Shown here in pieces: positions 37,507-47,929 of a DNA stretch of 64,000 bases. The stretch spans positions 20,258-84,257 of the forward strand of contig CAVPXI010000008.1 of the NCBI GenBank assembly GCA_963709585.1. Reading direction: 5' to 3'. Numbering within the stretch: position 1 is the stretch's first letter; every line of letters starts with the position of its first letter. The notes under the pieces were generated by a model. The model had not been told where the DNA came from and did no database searches. It saw only the letters and a list, made by a program, of their open reading frames with translations. The position numbers and the translations under genes were made by a program. Source of the DNA: Candidatus Dormiibacterota bacterium (GTDB lineage: Bacteria; Chloroflexota; Dormibacteria; Aeolococcales; Aeolococcaceae).

Positions 37507-39353
37507 TCGCGACCGCGGGGCACGTCGACCATGGGAAGTCGACGCTGGTGCGGGCGCTGACCGGGATGGAGCCCGACCGGTGGGCCGAGGAGCGCCGCCG
37601 CGGCATGACGATCGACCTTGGTTATGCGTGGACCACGCTGCCCTCGGGACAGGAGATGGCGTTCGTCGACGTTCCCGGCCACGAGCGCTTCACGACCAAC
37701 ATGCTCGCCGGGGTGGGCCCGGTCCCCGCGGTGTTGCTGGTCATCGCCGCCGACGAGGGCTGGTGCGCGCAGACCGACGAGCACGTGAGAGCGCTCGACG
37801 CACTCGGGGTCCGTCACGGCGTCGTGGCTGTGACCCGCTGCGACCTGGCCGATCCCAGCCCGGCGATCGAGCAGGCGGCCGAACTCCTTGCCGCCACGAC
37901 GCTGGCGGGCATCCCGGCGGTGAGCGTCTCCGGTCAGACCGGGGCCGGCTTGGCGGCTCTCCGAGCCGCGCTTGACGTGCTCGCGAGCGAGCTGCCCCTG
38001 CCCGACCCCGAGGCGCGAATCCGTCTCTGGGTGGACCGCTCGTTCACCGTCCGGGGGAGCGGCACCGTGGTCACCGGAACGCTCGCGGCCGGAACCCTGC
38101 GCCGGGGCGACCTCCTCGAACTTCACAACTCCACGGTGTTCGTGAGAGCCCTCCAGCAACTCGGGCACCCGATGGACCACGTGACCGCGCCCGCTCGCGT
38201 TGCTGTGAACCTCCGCGGCGTTGCCCGTGAGGACGTCCGGCGCGGCGACGCGCTGCTGACACCCGGAGTGTGGCGGCGGACCAACGTGGTGGATGCCCGT
38301 GTCGAGGGCGGGGATCTCCCGAGCCATGTCGTGCTCCACGTGGGGGCGGCCGCCGTGCCCGCCAGAGTCCGCAGGCTGGACGCGCTCACCCCGGCCGGCT
38401 CATTGCGGGGCTTGTCGCCGAACTCGTCGCCTGACTCTTGGCCGGGCTCTAGCCGGAACTCGTGCGTCGTGCGGCTGATGCTCGACGCGGCGCTGCCGCT
38501 TCAGGTTGGTGACCGCGTGCTGCTCAGGGATCCAGGTCGCCGTCAGATCATCGGCGGCGCGACGGTGCTCGACCCGGCGCCACCTGCGCTGCGGCGGCGC
38601 GGCGCCGCCAAGGCCCGCGCCGCGTCGCTTGCCGAGGACCGCGGCACTCCGGACGCCGGTGCGGAACTGGCCCGCCGCGGCGCCGTCAGCCGCTCGTTTT
38701 TGCGCGAGATCGGCGTCCCAGTCGGTGACACGCCGCCGCCCGGGGTGATTTCGTCCGGGTCGTGGCTTGTCACCGAGCCACTCTGGGAGCAATGGCGACG
38801 CAGGCTCCGCGGTGCCGTCGAGCGCCGACCTGGCTTGCTGCTCGACGCCGGTGTGAGTCATGCGGATCTCGCGCGCGCCCTCAAACTCGAGGAGCCGCAC
38901 CTCCTGACCGCGCTGCTGGATTCGTGCCCCGAGCTCGAGGACGTCGGTGGCCGGGTCCGCCCACGTGGCACCGCGCCGGCACTCCGTCAGGACGTGGGAG
39001 ATGCGGTGTCGCGTCTCGTCATGTCGCTCCTCGCCGAGCCTTTCGCGGCGCCGGACCAGCAGCGGATCGCCGCTCTCGGGCTGGGACGGCGCGAACTCGG
39101 CGCGGCGGCTGCGGCGCGAGCCATCCTGCTGTTGCCCGGAGACATCGCGTTGCTTCCCAGCGCGCCGGACGTCGCCGCCGAACGCCTCCGCGAATTGCCG
39201 CAGCCATTCACGCTCTCGGCGGCGCGCCAGGCGCTCGGCACAACCCGTCGCGTTGCGGTCCCGCTTCTCGAGTATCTCGACCGAATCGGCGTCACCGAGC
39301 GAATGGACGGGGACCTGCGCCGGTTGCGCGTGCCCGCGGCGGTCGGCGCCTAA
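37497..39353 (+). CDS. selB: selenocysteine-specific translation elongation factor
   Basis: GTPase motifs AGHVDHGKSTL, DVPGHERF and TRCD, with C-terminal winged-helix domains. Overlaps the selA stop. Confidence 0.9.
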   Translation: MQVIATAGHVDHGKSTLVRALTGMEPDRWAEERRRGMTIDLGYAWTTLPSGQEMAFVDVPGHERFTTNMLAGVGPVPAVLLVIAADEGWCAQTDEHVRALDALGVRHGVVAVTRCDLADPSPAIEQAAELLAATTLAGIPAVSVSGQTGAGLAALRAALDVLASELPLPDPEARIRLWVDRSFTVRGSGTVVTGTLAAGTLRRGDLLELHNSTVFVRALQQLGHPMDHVTAPARVAVNLRGVAREDVRRGDALLTPGVWRRTNVVDARVEGGDLPSHVVLHVGAAAVPARVRRLDALTPAGSLRGLSPNSSPDSWPGSSRNSCVVRLMLDAALPLQVGDRVLLRDPGRRQIIGGATVLDPAPPALRRRGAAKARAASLAEDRGTPDAGAELARRGAVSRSFLREIGVPVGDTPPPGVISSGSWLVTEPLWEQWRRRLRGAVERRPGLLLDAGVSHADLARALKLEEPHLLTALLDSCPELEDVGGRVRPRGTAPALRQDVGDAVSRLVMSLLAEPFAAPDQQRIAALGLGRRELGAAAAARAILLLPGDIALLPSAPDVAAERLRELPQPFTLSAARQALGTTRRVAVPLLEYLDRIGVTERMDGDLRRLRVPAAVGA

Positions 39354-40384
39354 GGGCGCCGGACGCCGCCGTCCGTGATTTCATTCAGACGCTGACGTTG
39401 CGGCACCACGGTGTAACGGGGGTCGCGCGCCAACTCCTGCCCGGCTTCGAAGATGGCGAAGCGGGTACAGGCCGCACCAGCGAGGAGCGCCGCACCCGAG
39501 ACTCGCGCGGCTCGCTGATGACGGCCGAGGATGACCGCTCCCAGGGCCCCGCCGATCGTGAGCGCACGGCTCGCGTCGAGAAGCCGTTTGGCCGTCCCGT
39601 GGCGAAGCGTCTCGGCGCTGAGGCCCATGTTCCGCACCATCTGCGCCTCCATGGCGAGCGCCATCGCCGCCCCGCCCACGCCCATACGGCGCGCCGGCGC
39701 CGCCTGCTCGACACAGGTGCCGAGCATGGCGAAACCTCCCGCGGATGCTGCCGCGGACGCCACGAACACGAAGGGGAGCTCACCACGGGCGGCGTGCCAG
39801 CCCGGGGTCGCCGTGTTGGAGAGGAGGACTCCGGTGTACGAGGCAAGCGCAGGCGCAAGCATGGCCGCGATCAGTCCCGCGGGCCGCGCGCCCAGAGTGA
39901 GAAGCCGGCCGGCGATCGGGACCCGGCGCGGCAGCATCTCGGCCACCTCCGCCGCTCCGGCCAGGCTCGCCAGCGGAGCGTACGTTGCGAGCACCCACGT
40001 GCCCATCGACATCGGCGACGTGGGTTTTGCCGTTCGCAACATGTTCAGAAACCGCGTTGGTTTGCCGAGATCGTGGATCAGAGCGGCGGTACCGGCTGCG
40101 GCGCCGGCGACCGCGCCGATGCGCGCCACCCGGCGCAACTCCGGCAGATTCCCGAGGTCAGCGCCGGCCGCGAGCAGGGACGACCCGGCCGCCAGCCCAC
40201 CGAAAAAGAGGTACGCGGGGATGTCGGCCTTCCACGGCGAGGCCTTCACCACCGGGCGTCCGTAGTAGGAGGTGAAGGTCGCCGGCGGGACCATCAGCCG
40301 CTCGCCGCCGCGACCGCCACCGCCCCGGCGCCGGCGTCGGGGCGCGGTGTCCGCCGGGTGCGTCGCCCGCGCCTCCACGGTCAC
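39350..40384 (-). CDS. formate dehydrogenase membrane anchor subunit, NrfD/PsrC family
   Basis: SYYGRPVVKASPWKADIPAYLFFGGLAAGS plus about 8 TM helices. GTG 40384 overlaps the Fe-S subunit stop (GTGA). Confidence 0.8.
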   Translation of the reverse strand: MTVEARATHPADTAPRRRRRGGGGRGGERLMVPPATFTSYYGRPVVKASPWKADIPAYLFFGGLAAGSSLLAAGADLGNLPELRRVARIGAVAGAAAGTAALIHDLGKPTRFLNMLRTAKPTSPMSMGTWVLATYAPLASLAGAAEVAEMLPRRVPIAGRLLTLGARPAGLIAAMLAPALASYTGVLLSNTATPGWHAARGELPFVFVASAAASAGGFAMLGTCVEQAAPARRMGVGGAAMALAMEAQMVRNMGLSAETLRHGTAKRLLDASRALTIGGALGAVILGRHQRAARVSGAALLAGAACTRFAIFEAGQELARDPRYTVVPQRQRLNEITDGGVRRP

Positions 40385-41295
40385 GAGCGGGCCCGGACAA
40401 ATGCCGCCGCCGCACCGGCGAGCAGAGTCACACCCGCGATCGCGGATGTCCGCCACATCGCCGGGAGGTCCCGGGTGGTGACCACCGGATCGGGCGGCAA
40501 CCCATAGACCTCGGGCTCGTCCAGGAGCAGGAAGAACGCTCCAGCTCCGCCGATACCATCATTCGGGTCCGCGCCGTAGAGCCTGGCGTCGGCGACGCCC
40601 GCGGCGTGCAGCTTCCCGACGCGGTGCTGGGCGCGGACTCGCAGCTCGTCGAGGTCGCCGTACTGGATCGACTGTGTCGGGCACGCCTGCGCACACGCCG
40701 GAGTCATGCCCTCGCCAAGGCGGCCGTAGCAGAGCGTGCACTTCTGCGCGATGCCGACGTTCCTTGCGCCGGCCGGGCCTTCGCGGCGGTCGATGACACC
40801 GAAGGGACAAGCCGGAACGCAATACCCGCAGCCGTTGCAGATGTCGTCCTGGATGACCACAGTCCCGAACTCGGTGCGCGTCAACGATCCGGTCGGGCAG
40901 ACGTCGAGACACGCGGCGTGCGTGCAGTGCTTGCAGACGTCCGACGACATCAGCCACCGGATGCCGGCCTCCACTCCCACCGGAGCTGCGTTCTGGCCAG
41001 GTGTGGCGGCAACCACGGGGAGCGGCGTGAAGCCGGTCGCGTCCGCCGGGCGGCGCGGCTGTTCGATGAAGGCAACGTGGCGCCAGGTGCTGGCACCGAG
41101 TGCCCCGGTGTTGTCGTAGGACATCCCGAGCATCTGCAGTCCGTCCTCGGGGATGCCGTTCCACTCCTTGCACGCCACCTCGCACGCCTTGCAGCCGATG
41201 CAGATGGAACTGTCCGTGAAAAACCCCTTGCGCGGCGGGGCATCGGTCCAGCCCGCGGCCAGGGCCGGGTCGGGCGCGCTCGACCATCGCTCCAT
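40381..41295 (-). CDS. formate dehydrogenase iron-sulfur (4Fe-4S) subunit
   Basis: CIGCKACEVACKEWN, CKHCTHAACLDVCP, CNGCGYCVPACP and CTLCYGR cluster motifs. The ATG at 41295 overlaps the alpha-subunit stop by 1 nt. Confidence 0.85.
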   Translation of the reverse strand: MERWSSAPDPALAAGWTDAPPRKGFFTDSSICIGCKACEVACKEWNGIPEDGLQMLGMSYDNTGALGASTWRHVAFIEQPRRPADATGFTPLPVVAATPGQNAAPVGVEAGIRWLMSSDVCKHCTHAACLDVCPTGSLTRTEFGTVVIQDDICNGCGYCVPACPFGVIDRREGPAGARNVGIAQKCTLCYGRLGEGMTPACAQACPTQSIQYGDLDELRVRAQHRVGKLHAAGVADARLYGADPNDGIGGAGAFFLLLDEPEVYGLPPDPVVTTRDLPAMWRTSAIAGVTLLAGAAAAFVRARS

Positions 41296-44200
41296 CAAGG
41301 TGGGTCCCCGGGTGGCGTCACCCGCACGGTCCCGGTGTCGATGGTCAGGCGCGCGCGGCGCCGGTACACCTCGACGTAACGTGGCAGCGCTGCCCCGGTG
41401 GGGCGCCTGCCCGGTTGGATGTCGCACGACGCGGCTTTCGACTCCTGGATGTGCACGTTGGGATCGAGCGAGACCCCCATGACGTCGTTCGCCGAATCAC
41501 CGCTGACGATCGCCCCGCCGCCGCCCACCCCCCAGTGGTACGGGAGGCCGATCTGGTGGATGGTGCGCCCGCCGACTGTGAGTGGGGTCATCCGCTCGGT
41601 GACCAGCACCCTCGCCTCGATCGCGGTTCGCGCCGTGACGATGGTTGCCCAGCCGAGGTGCTCGAGGCCGCGCTCGGTCGCAAGCTCTGGCGAGACTTCG
41701 CAGAAGAACTCCGGCTGCAACTCGGCGAGGTACGGCGACCAGCGGCTCATGCCACCTGCGGTGTGATGCTCGGTGAGCCGGTACGTGGTCACGATGTACG
41801 GAAACACGTCGGAGCCCGGCTCCGGTGGCGACGGGCTCGTGAGATTCTCGTTGCGCGGAAACATGTCGCGCGTGGGGTTCGATTGCTGCGGATGCAACGC
41901 GTTGCGAAGCGGCGATTCGACCGGCTCGTAGTGCACCGGCAGCGGGCCGTCGAGCAGTCCGCTCGGGGCGTAGAGCCATGCCTTCCCGTCGCCCTGCATG
42001 ATGAAGGGGTCGTCACCTGCGAGCCCGTCGGGCCCGCCGACGCCCGGCTCGGGACGAAACGAAGGCGCCTTGGTCGCCTGGAAGTCCGGCACGTCGTGCC
42101 CGGTCCATTTCCCCGCGGCCTCGTCCCACCAGACGTACGCTTTGCGTTCGCTCCAGGGCTTGCCTTCCGGGTCGGCCGACGCGCGGTTGTAGAGAATCCG
42201 CCGGTTCATCGGCCAGGCCCACCCCCAGTCGGGTGCGACCCACGACTGCTCCGATCCCGGCTTCCGCCTCGCCGACCGGTTGACGCCGTCGCTGTAGACA
42301 CCCGTGTAAATCCAGCAGCCACCCGATGTTGAACCATCCGCCTTCATCTCGATGAAGCTGCTGAGCATCTGCCCGGCCCTCTCTCCGCTGAGGTGGCGAC
42401 CGTTGATCTCGCGCAACACCGCCTCAGCATCGGGCTCCTCGCCGGCGAGCAGCGGATAGTCCCACGCCAGCGTGCGCAGCGGCAGGTCGCGTTCGAGCGG
42501 TGACGTCTCAAGACGCTCCCGAAGCAGCCTGCCGAGGTGATAGAAGAAGTGGAGCTCGCTGCGACAGTCGCCCGACGGCTCGACTGCCTTGTGGTGCCAC
42601 TGGAGCAGGCGTTGAGTCTGCGTGAAGGTGCCGTCCTTCTCCGTGTGCGCCGCGGCTGGGAGGAAGAACACCTCGGTGCCGATATCCTCAGTGCGCATCT
42701 CGCCGGTGGCGATCTCCGGACCGTCCTTCCAGAACGTGGCGGACTCGATGAGATTGAAGTCCCGAACCACCAGCCACCTCAGGTGGGACATCGCGAGCCG
42801 CTGCAGCTTGCCGTTCGCGGACCCGACTGCGGGATTCTGCCCGAGCAGGAAGTAACCCTCGACCTTCCCGTCGAGCATGTCCACGATCGTCTGATAGTTG
42901 CTGTGGTCGCCACTGATGCGCGGCAGCCATTCGAAGCCGAAGTCGTTGTCCGGCGTGGCAGCGTCACCCCACCATGCTTTGAGCAGGCTGACGACATATG
43001 TGTCCGCTGCCGTCCAGAAGCCCTTCTGTCCGTCGCTTTTGATCGACGCGAGGTACGCGTGGAGATCCGCGTGCACCCCCGCCTTCGGCATCGGGAGATA
43101 CCCGGGGAGCAGATCAAAGAGCGTTGGAATGTCTGTCGATCCCTGGATGCTCGCGTGGCCGCGGAGCGCGAGGATGCCGCCGCCCGGACGCCCGATGTTG
43201 CCGAGCAGCAGCTGGATGATGGCCGCACCGCGGATGTACTGGACCCCGACGGAGTGCTGTGTCCACCCCACCGAATACACCCACGCTGTCGTGCGTTCGC
43301 GACCACTGTTGGCGGTGACCGCCTCGCACACCGTCGCGAACTGCCCGGCTGGGACACCGCAGATGCGCTCGACCACCTCGGGGGTGTACCGCGCGTAGTG
43401 ACGCTTGAGAATCTGAAAGACGCAGAAGGGATCCTGGAGGCTTTCATCGCGCCGGACCCCCCGTGGGGCAGGGCTGTGCCGCGGCCACCGAGCTCGTGGC
43501 CACCCCCGCCCGCGTGCGCCGCCGGCTGCCTGCCCGGCACCACCCGCGAGCCCGCCGCCGCGGCCATCTCCATCCCCTCATATGCCCAGCTGGTGGTGTC
43601 ATACGTCCCGGCCGTCGGGTCGAAGCCGGAGAAGAGGCCGCCGAGCTGGTCGGCGTCCTGGAAGTCCTCACTGACGATCGTGGCCGCGTTGGTGTAGCGC
43701 ACGACGTACTCACGGAAATACTTCTCGGTGCTGAGGATGTAGTTGATGATTCCGCCAAGGAAGGCGATATCGCTGCCGGCGCGAACCGGCACGAACACGT
43801 CGGCCATCGCCGATGTCCTGGTGAAGCGCGGGTCGATGTGGATGATCGTCGCGCCGCGCGCCTTGGCCTCCATGACCCACTGAAATCCAACCGGGTGACA
43901 CTCGGCCATGTTCGAGCCCTGGATGACGATGCAGTCAGCGTTCTGCAGGTCCTGCTGGAAGGTCGTGGCTCCGCCCCGTCCGAACGATGTCCCCAGACTG
44001 GGGACGGTGGAGCTATGTCAAATACGGGCCTGGTTCTCGACCTGCACGACCCCGATCGCTGTGAAGAGTTTCTTGATCAGGTAGTTCTCTTCGTTGTCCA
44101 GGGTGGCGCCGCCGAGGCTTGCGATTCCGAGCGTGCGGTGCACCGCGTCTCCGCGCGCGTCGGCGTCCTCCCAGGTTCGGGTGCGAGTGTCGATCAATCG

Positions 44201-44587
44201 GTCGGCGATCATCTCCATGGCACGCTCGAGCGGGAGGTCTTCCCAATCGGTGCCGTAGGGGCGCCGGTACTTGACCGTTGTCACCCGGCTCGGGCTGTTG
44301 ACCAGCTGCTCGCTCGCCGATCCCTTCGGGCACAGACGGCCTCGCGATATCGGCGAGTCGGGATCGCCCTCGATCTGCACCACGCGCTCACCTTTCACGT
44401 AGACGCGCTGGCCGCAGCCGACCGCGCAGTACGGACAGATGCTCTTGACCATGCGGTCGGCGGTCCTGGTCCGGGGCGTGAGCGCTTCGGTGCGCGCCGA
44501 GCGAACCGCGGTCCCGCGTCCGAGCCGGTCCCCGCCGGTGAGTTGGCGAACCACCGGCCACGTACCAAGTCGACGGCGGATGCTCAC
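41295..44587 (-). CDS. formate dehydrogenase alpha subunit (molybdopterin), selenocysteine-containing; in-frame UGA at 44018-44020 and one frame disruption at the C6 run 43457-43462
   Basis: GTG 44587 lies 7 nt after GGAGG. Twin-arginine N-terminus (VSIRRRLG...), CPYCAVGCGQ Fe-S motif, then ...VENQARI-UGA-HSSTVPSLGTSFGRGGAT. Three track ORFs (44018-44863, 42779-43909, 41295-43376) join into about 1,097 codons. Confidence 0.85.
43989..44017 (-). promoter_or_regulatory. candidate bacterial SECIS hairpin directly 3' of the fdh UGA
   Basis: Minus-strand RNA UGA-CAUAGCUCCACC-GUCCCC-AGUCU-GGGGAC. A 6-bp stem with a 5-nt loop starts 12 nt after the UGA, which is the expected position for SelB recruitment. 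Confidence 0.45.
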
Positions 44588-44754
44588 TCGATTACCTCCA
44601 GGCATGCTGCAACCGGCGAGGCGGACCGCCAAGGATGATAGTCCCCAGCGGCGGGGACGGACGAGCAGAATGACGAATTCTCCCGACGACCTCGCCGGCG
44701 CGATCAGGCGACTGGAGCGCACCACGTGCATCTTGTGAGGACTGGGAAATCTCG

Positions 44755-47025
44755 ATGACCGGCCAGGCGACCGTTCCCGCTGTGGCGGAGGCCGCGCCCT
44801 CCCCCCCGCGTGCCGCCCCCGAGAGGCGCGCCGACCCCCGCCGCGTGACCCTGCACCGCGCAACCCGGGCAGCGATCGTCAATCCCGCCGTCTTCGCGTT
44901 CAGCCTCCTGGTGATCCGCGATCTGCAGGTTGCCACCTTTGCCGCTTTCGGATGCTTCGGGTTGCTGGTGATGGCGGACTTCGGCGGTCCTCGGCGGACC
45001 CGAGCGCTCGCGTACGCCGCCGCGACCCTCGCCGGCGCTGCGCTGGTTGCGCTCGGAACCGTTGTCTCGTTCAGCGCCGTCATTGCCGCGATCGTCATGC
45101 TGGCGATCGGTTTCACGCTGTCCTTCGCGAGCGTCTTCGGTGGGTACGTCGCGGCTGCGCAGACGGCGCTCCTGCTCGTGTTCGTGCTCTCGGCCTCGGT
45201 AGTCGCTCCCGCCTCCGCAATCCCGACCCGTCTAGCTGGATGGCTGCTCGCCGGGGTGGTCTCGACCCTCGCCGGGGTGGTCTTCTGGCCGTGGTTTGAG
45301 CATGCCTCGCTGCGCAAACGGGCCGCCGAAGCCTGCGACGCCTTGGCAGACCTCGTCGCGGCGATGCGACGTGGTCCCGCGAACGAGCAGGTCGCAGCGT
45401 ACGCTCGGGCGGCGCGCACGGCCGTGTCGGCGGTCCGTAGGGAGTACGCGCACACCGGCATGCGACCCGCGGGTCCCACCCTCCGCGATCGTGCATTCGT
45501 CGAGCTCGTGGCTCAGAGCGAGCAGGTCGTCGATCTCATCGAGCGACCGTTCCACGAACTGCGTCCGTCGCTGCGGCCCTGCATCCAGGAGGGGGACCTG
45601 CTTGCCGAGGCGGTGATCGCCGCGTTGCGTAGGAGTGCCGAGGTCCTCACGGGCGGATCTCCACCGCCCGTGCGCGACCTCGAGGTGGCGCGGCGCGCAC
45701 ATCGCGCCGCACTCGACCGCTGGGCTGCCGATGAGCTGCGAACCGGACGTGCGCCGGACGACGTGCTCGACGGCCTCGACGTCGATCACACGCTTCGGGT
45801 GATCGCATACCTGACCATCGGACTGAGCACGAATGCGGTCATCGCGGCTGGAGGGAGACCGGAAGGCGGCGTGTCGTTGCCGGCCGGAACCTCACGACAG
45901 GAAGGCGCCCGCGGCGTCGCGCTGCGAACTGCGCGGACGCTGCGCACCCACCTGGAGCCGAGCTCGACGATCCTCCACAGCAGCGCACGCGTGGCCGTTG
46001 GGCTGGCGATCTCAGTGCTGCTTGCACGGACCCTCGGTCTCGGCCACGCGTTCTGGGTGGTGCTGGGCACGCTCTCCGTGCTTCGTTCGAACGCCCTGGC
46101 AACGGGGCGGACCACGGTGCAGGCGCTGGCAGGCAGCGTCATCGGGTTTGCCGCCGGCGGTCTCTTCGCAAGTCTTGCCGGCAATGATCCGGTCCTCATG
46201 TGGGTTGCGATGCCGATTGCGATCTTCCTCGCGTCGTACGCTGCCAGCGCCATCGGGTTCGTGGCCGGCCAGGCGGCCTTCACCGTGACGGTGATCATCA
46301 TCTTCAACCTGATCACGCCGGTCGGATGGCAGGTGGGCCTGGTGCGCATCGAGGACGTGGCGGTCGGCACCGGCGTCAGCATCGTTGTCGGAGTCCTGCT
46401 CTGGCCGCGAGGCGCGCGGCGCGACCTCGCCCGAGCGACCGCCGGCTTCTATCGCGCCGTTCGCGCCTACGTCGCCCAGGCGTTCGGCCTGGTGCTCGGC
46501 ATGGACAGCACCGCCGACGTCGCCCGGATCCGCGCCGACGCGGTGCGAGCACGGGACCGCGCGGGCGAAGCATTCGACGTCTTCCTCAACGAACGCGGCG
46601 CCAAGCCTCTCGGTACCGATGTGGCGGCTCGCCTCGTCGCTGCGGGAAACCAGGCGTTGCTGGCCGGCGACCTGCTCGTGGTGGTCGCGACCGACCTCGG
46701 CTACCGGGCCACTTCCTGCCCCGACGGTGCCGCGACAGTCGACGCGCAGGTGCGCACGCTGCTGGCTGGGGTCGATCATCTCGCCGATGAACTGACCGGG
46801 GTGCGCAACGCTCGCGCCGGCCCCGAGCATCCATCGCTCGAGGCACTGCGTTCCGCCGCGGTGAAGTGCATGCGTCGGGCAGGGAGCGATCAGCGGGCCG
46901 TCCGCGGCGCGATCGCGCTCGTGATCGCGGGCGAATGGGTGCAGAACCTGGCGCGCATGGAAGAGGGTCTCGAGCAGCCTGTCGAGGCGGCCGTGGCAAC
47001 TGCGCGAATGCGGTGGTGGCGCTGA
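44755..47025 (+). CDS. FUSC-family (fusaric-acid-resistance / aromatic acid exporter-like) membrane protein
   Basis: Two hydrophobic bundles separated and followed by long helical soluble regions, the YccS/FUSC architecture. 756 aa; start uncertain. Confidence 0.75.
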   Translation: MTGQATVPAVAEAAPSPPRAAPERRADPRRVTLHRATRAAIVNPAVFAFSLLVIRDLQVATFAAFGCFGLLVMADFGGPRRTRALAYAAATLAGAALVALGTVVSFSAVIAAIVMLAIGFTLSFASVFGGYVAAAQTALLLVFVLSASVVAPASAIPTRLAGWLLAGVVSTLAGVVFWPWFEHASLRKRAAEACDALADLVAAMRRGPANEQVAAYARAARTAVSAVRREYAHTGMRPAGPTLRDRAFVELVAQSEQVVDLIERPFHELRPSLRPCIQEGDLLAEAVIAALRRSAEVLTGGSPPPVRDLEVARRAHRAALDRWAADELRTGRAPDDVLDGLDVDHTLRVIAYLTIGLSTNAVIAAGGRPEGGVSLPAGTSRQEGARGVALRTARTLRTHLEPSSTILHSSARVAVGLAISVLLARTLGLGHAFWVVLGTLSVLRSNALATGRTTVQALAGSVIGFAAGGLFASLAGNDPVLMWVAMPIAIFLASYAASAIGFVAGQAAFTVTVIIIFNLITPVGWQVGLVRIEDVAVGTGVSIVVGVLLWPRGARRDLARATAGFYRAVRAYVAQAFGLVLGMDSTADVARIRADAVRARDRAGEAFDVFLNERGAKPLGTDVAARLVAAGNQALLAGDLLVVVATDLGYRATSCPDGAATVDAQVRTLLAGVDHLADELTGVRNARAGPEHPSLEALRSAAVKCMRRAGSDQRAVRGAIALVIAGEWVQNLARMEEGLEQPVEAAVATARMRWWR

Positions 47026-47065
47026 TGACCGCCGCGATTGCAACCGAACCAGACGGCGGAGGTGG

Positions 47066-47929
47066 ATGATGACGACGGTCGCGGTCCTCGGTATCGGCAA
47101 GATGGGCGGCGCGATGGCGCGCCGTCTCGCCGCCTCCGGCTTTGACCTGACGCTGTGGAATCGCACGCCCAGCAGGGCGCAGGAACTGGGCATCGGTCGC
47201 GTCGCGGCCACACCGGCGGATGCTGCGCGCGATGCCGAGGTTGTGCTCAGCAGCCTGACCAACGAAGCCGCTGTCCGCGATGTCTACCTGGGCGACGACG
47301 GAGTGCTCCGGACCGCGGCGGGCAAGCTGATCATCGACGCGAGCACCGCGGGGCCGCGCGTGGCCGAAGAACTGGGCCGCGAAGCGCAGGCAAAGGGAGC
47401 GCGGTTTCTCGAAGCGCCGGTGGTCGGGAGCGTGCCCGCAGTGGAGAGCGGCAAGCTGCTCATCCTTGTGGCGGGCGATCGCACCGTCGTCGAGCAGGCG
47501 CGACCGGTGCTCGAACAGCTCGGCCAGATCACCTACGCCGGTGCGTGGGGCAATGCGCAGCGGTTGAAGCTGATCGCCAACAGCATGTTGGGCATCACCA
47601 GCGCTGCCGCCGCCGAGCTGCTCGCTGCCGGGGCGGCCGCGGGGCTCGATGGCGGACAGGTTTTCTCGATCCTGACTCGGTTTGCGCCGGGGCTGGCCGC
47701 GCGCGAGCGCGGCTTCCTCCACGACCAGCACAGCCCGACGATGTTCGCGGTGCGCGACCTGGTCAAGGACCTCGACCTTTCGCTCGAGACGTACAGCGGT
47801 GCGGGTAGCCGGATGCCGCTCACGCGCCAGGCGCGCGAACTGTTCGCGGCGACCATGCAACAGTCGCCGGACCTCGATATCTCAGCCATCGTCGGGTTAG
47901 GTGATGCCGTCGAGTTGCCGCCACGTTGA
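47066..47929 (+). CDS. NAD(P)-dependent oxidoreductase, 3-hydroxyisobutyrate / 6-phosphogluconate dehydrogenase-like
   Basis: VAVLGIGKMGGAMARRLAASGFDLTLWNRT Rossmann motif, FLEAPVVGS, and a C-terminal helical domain. Confidence 0.85.
   Translation: MMTTVAVLGIGKMGGAMARRLAASGFDLTLWNRTPSRAQELGIGRVAATPADAARDAEVVLSSLTNEAAVRDVYLGDDGVLRTAAGKLIIDASTAGPRVAEELGREAQAKGARFLEAPVVGSVPAVESGKLLILVAGDRTVVEQARPVLEQLGQITYAGAWGNAQRLKLIANSMLGITSAAAAELLAAGAAAGLDGGQVFSILTRFAPGLAARERGFLHDQHSPTMFAVRDLVKDLDLSLETYSGAGSRMPLTRQARELFAATMQQSPDLDISAIVGLGDAVELPPR

Noticed and set aside
44018-44020. UGA read as a true stop, splitting the formate dehydrogenase alpha subunit into separate genes.
   Set aside because: The flanking sequence (QARI-UGA-HSSTVP..GRGGAT) is the conserved Sec site of FdnG/FdhA-type enzymes. 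The frame stays open and conserved beyond it, a hairpin follows, and selABCD are adjacent.
44588-44754. Possible molybdenum-cofactor riboswitch or other leader element upstream of the fdh operon.
   Set aside because: I could not recognise the conserved Moco-motif core or any convincing conserved structure by eye. It would need a covariance-model scan, so it is not claimed.
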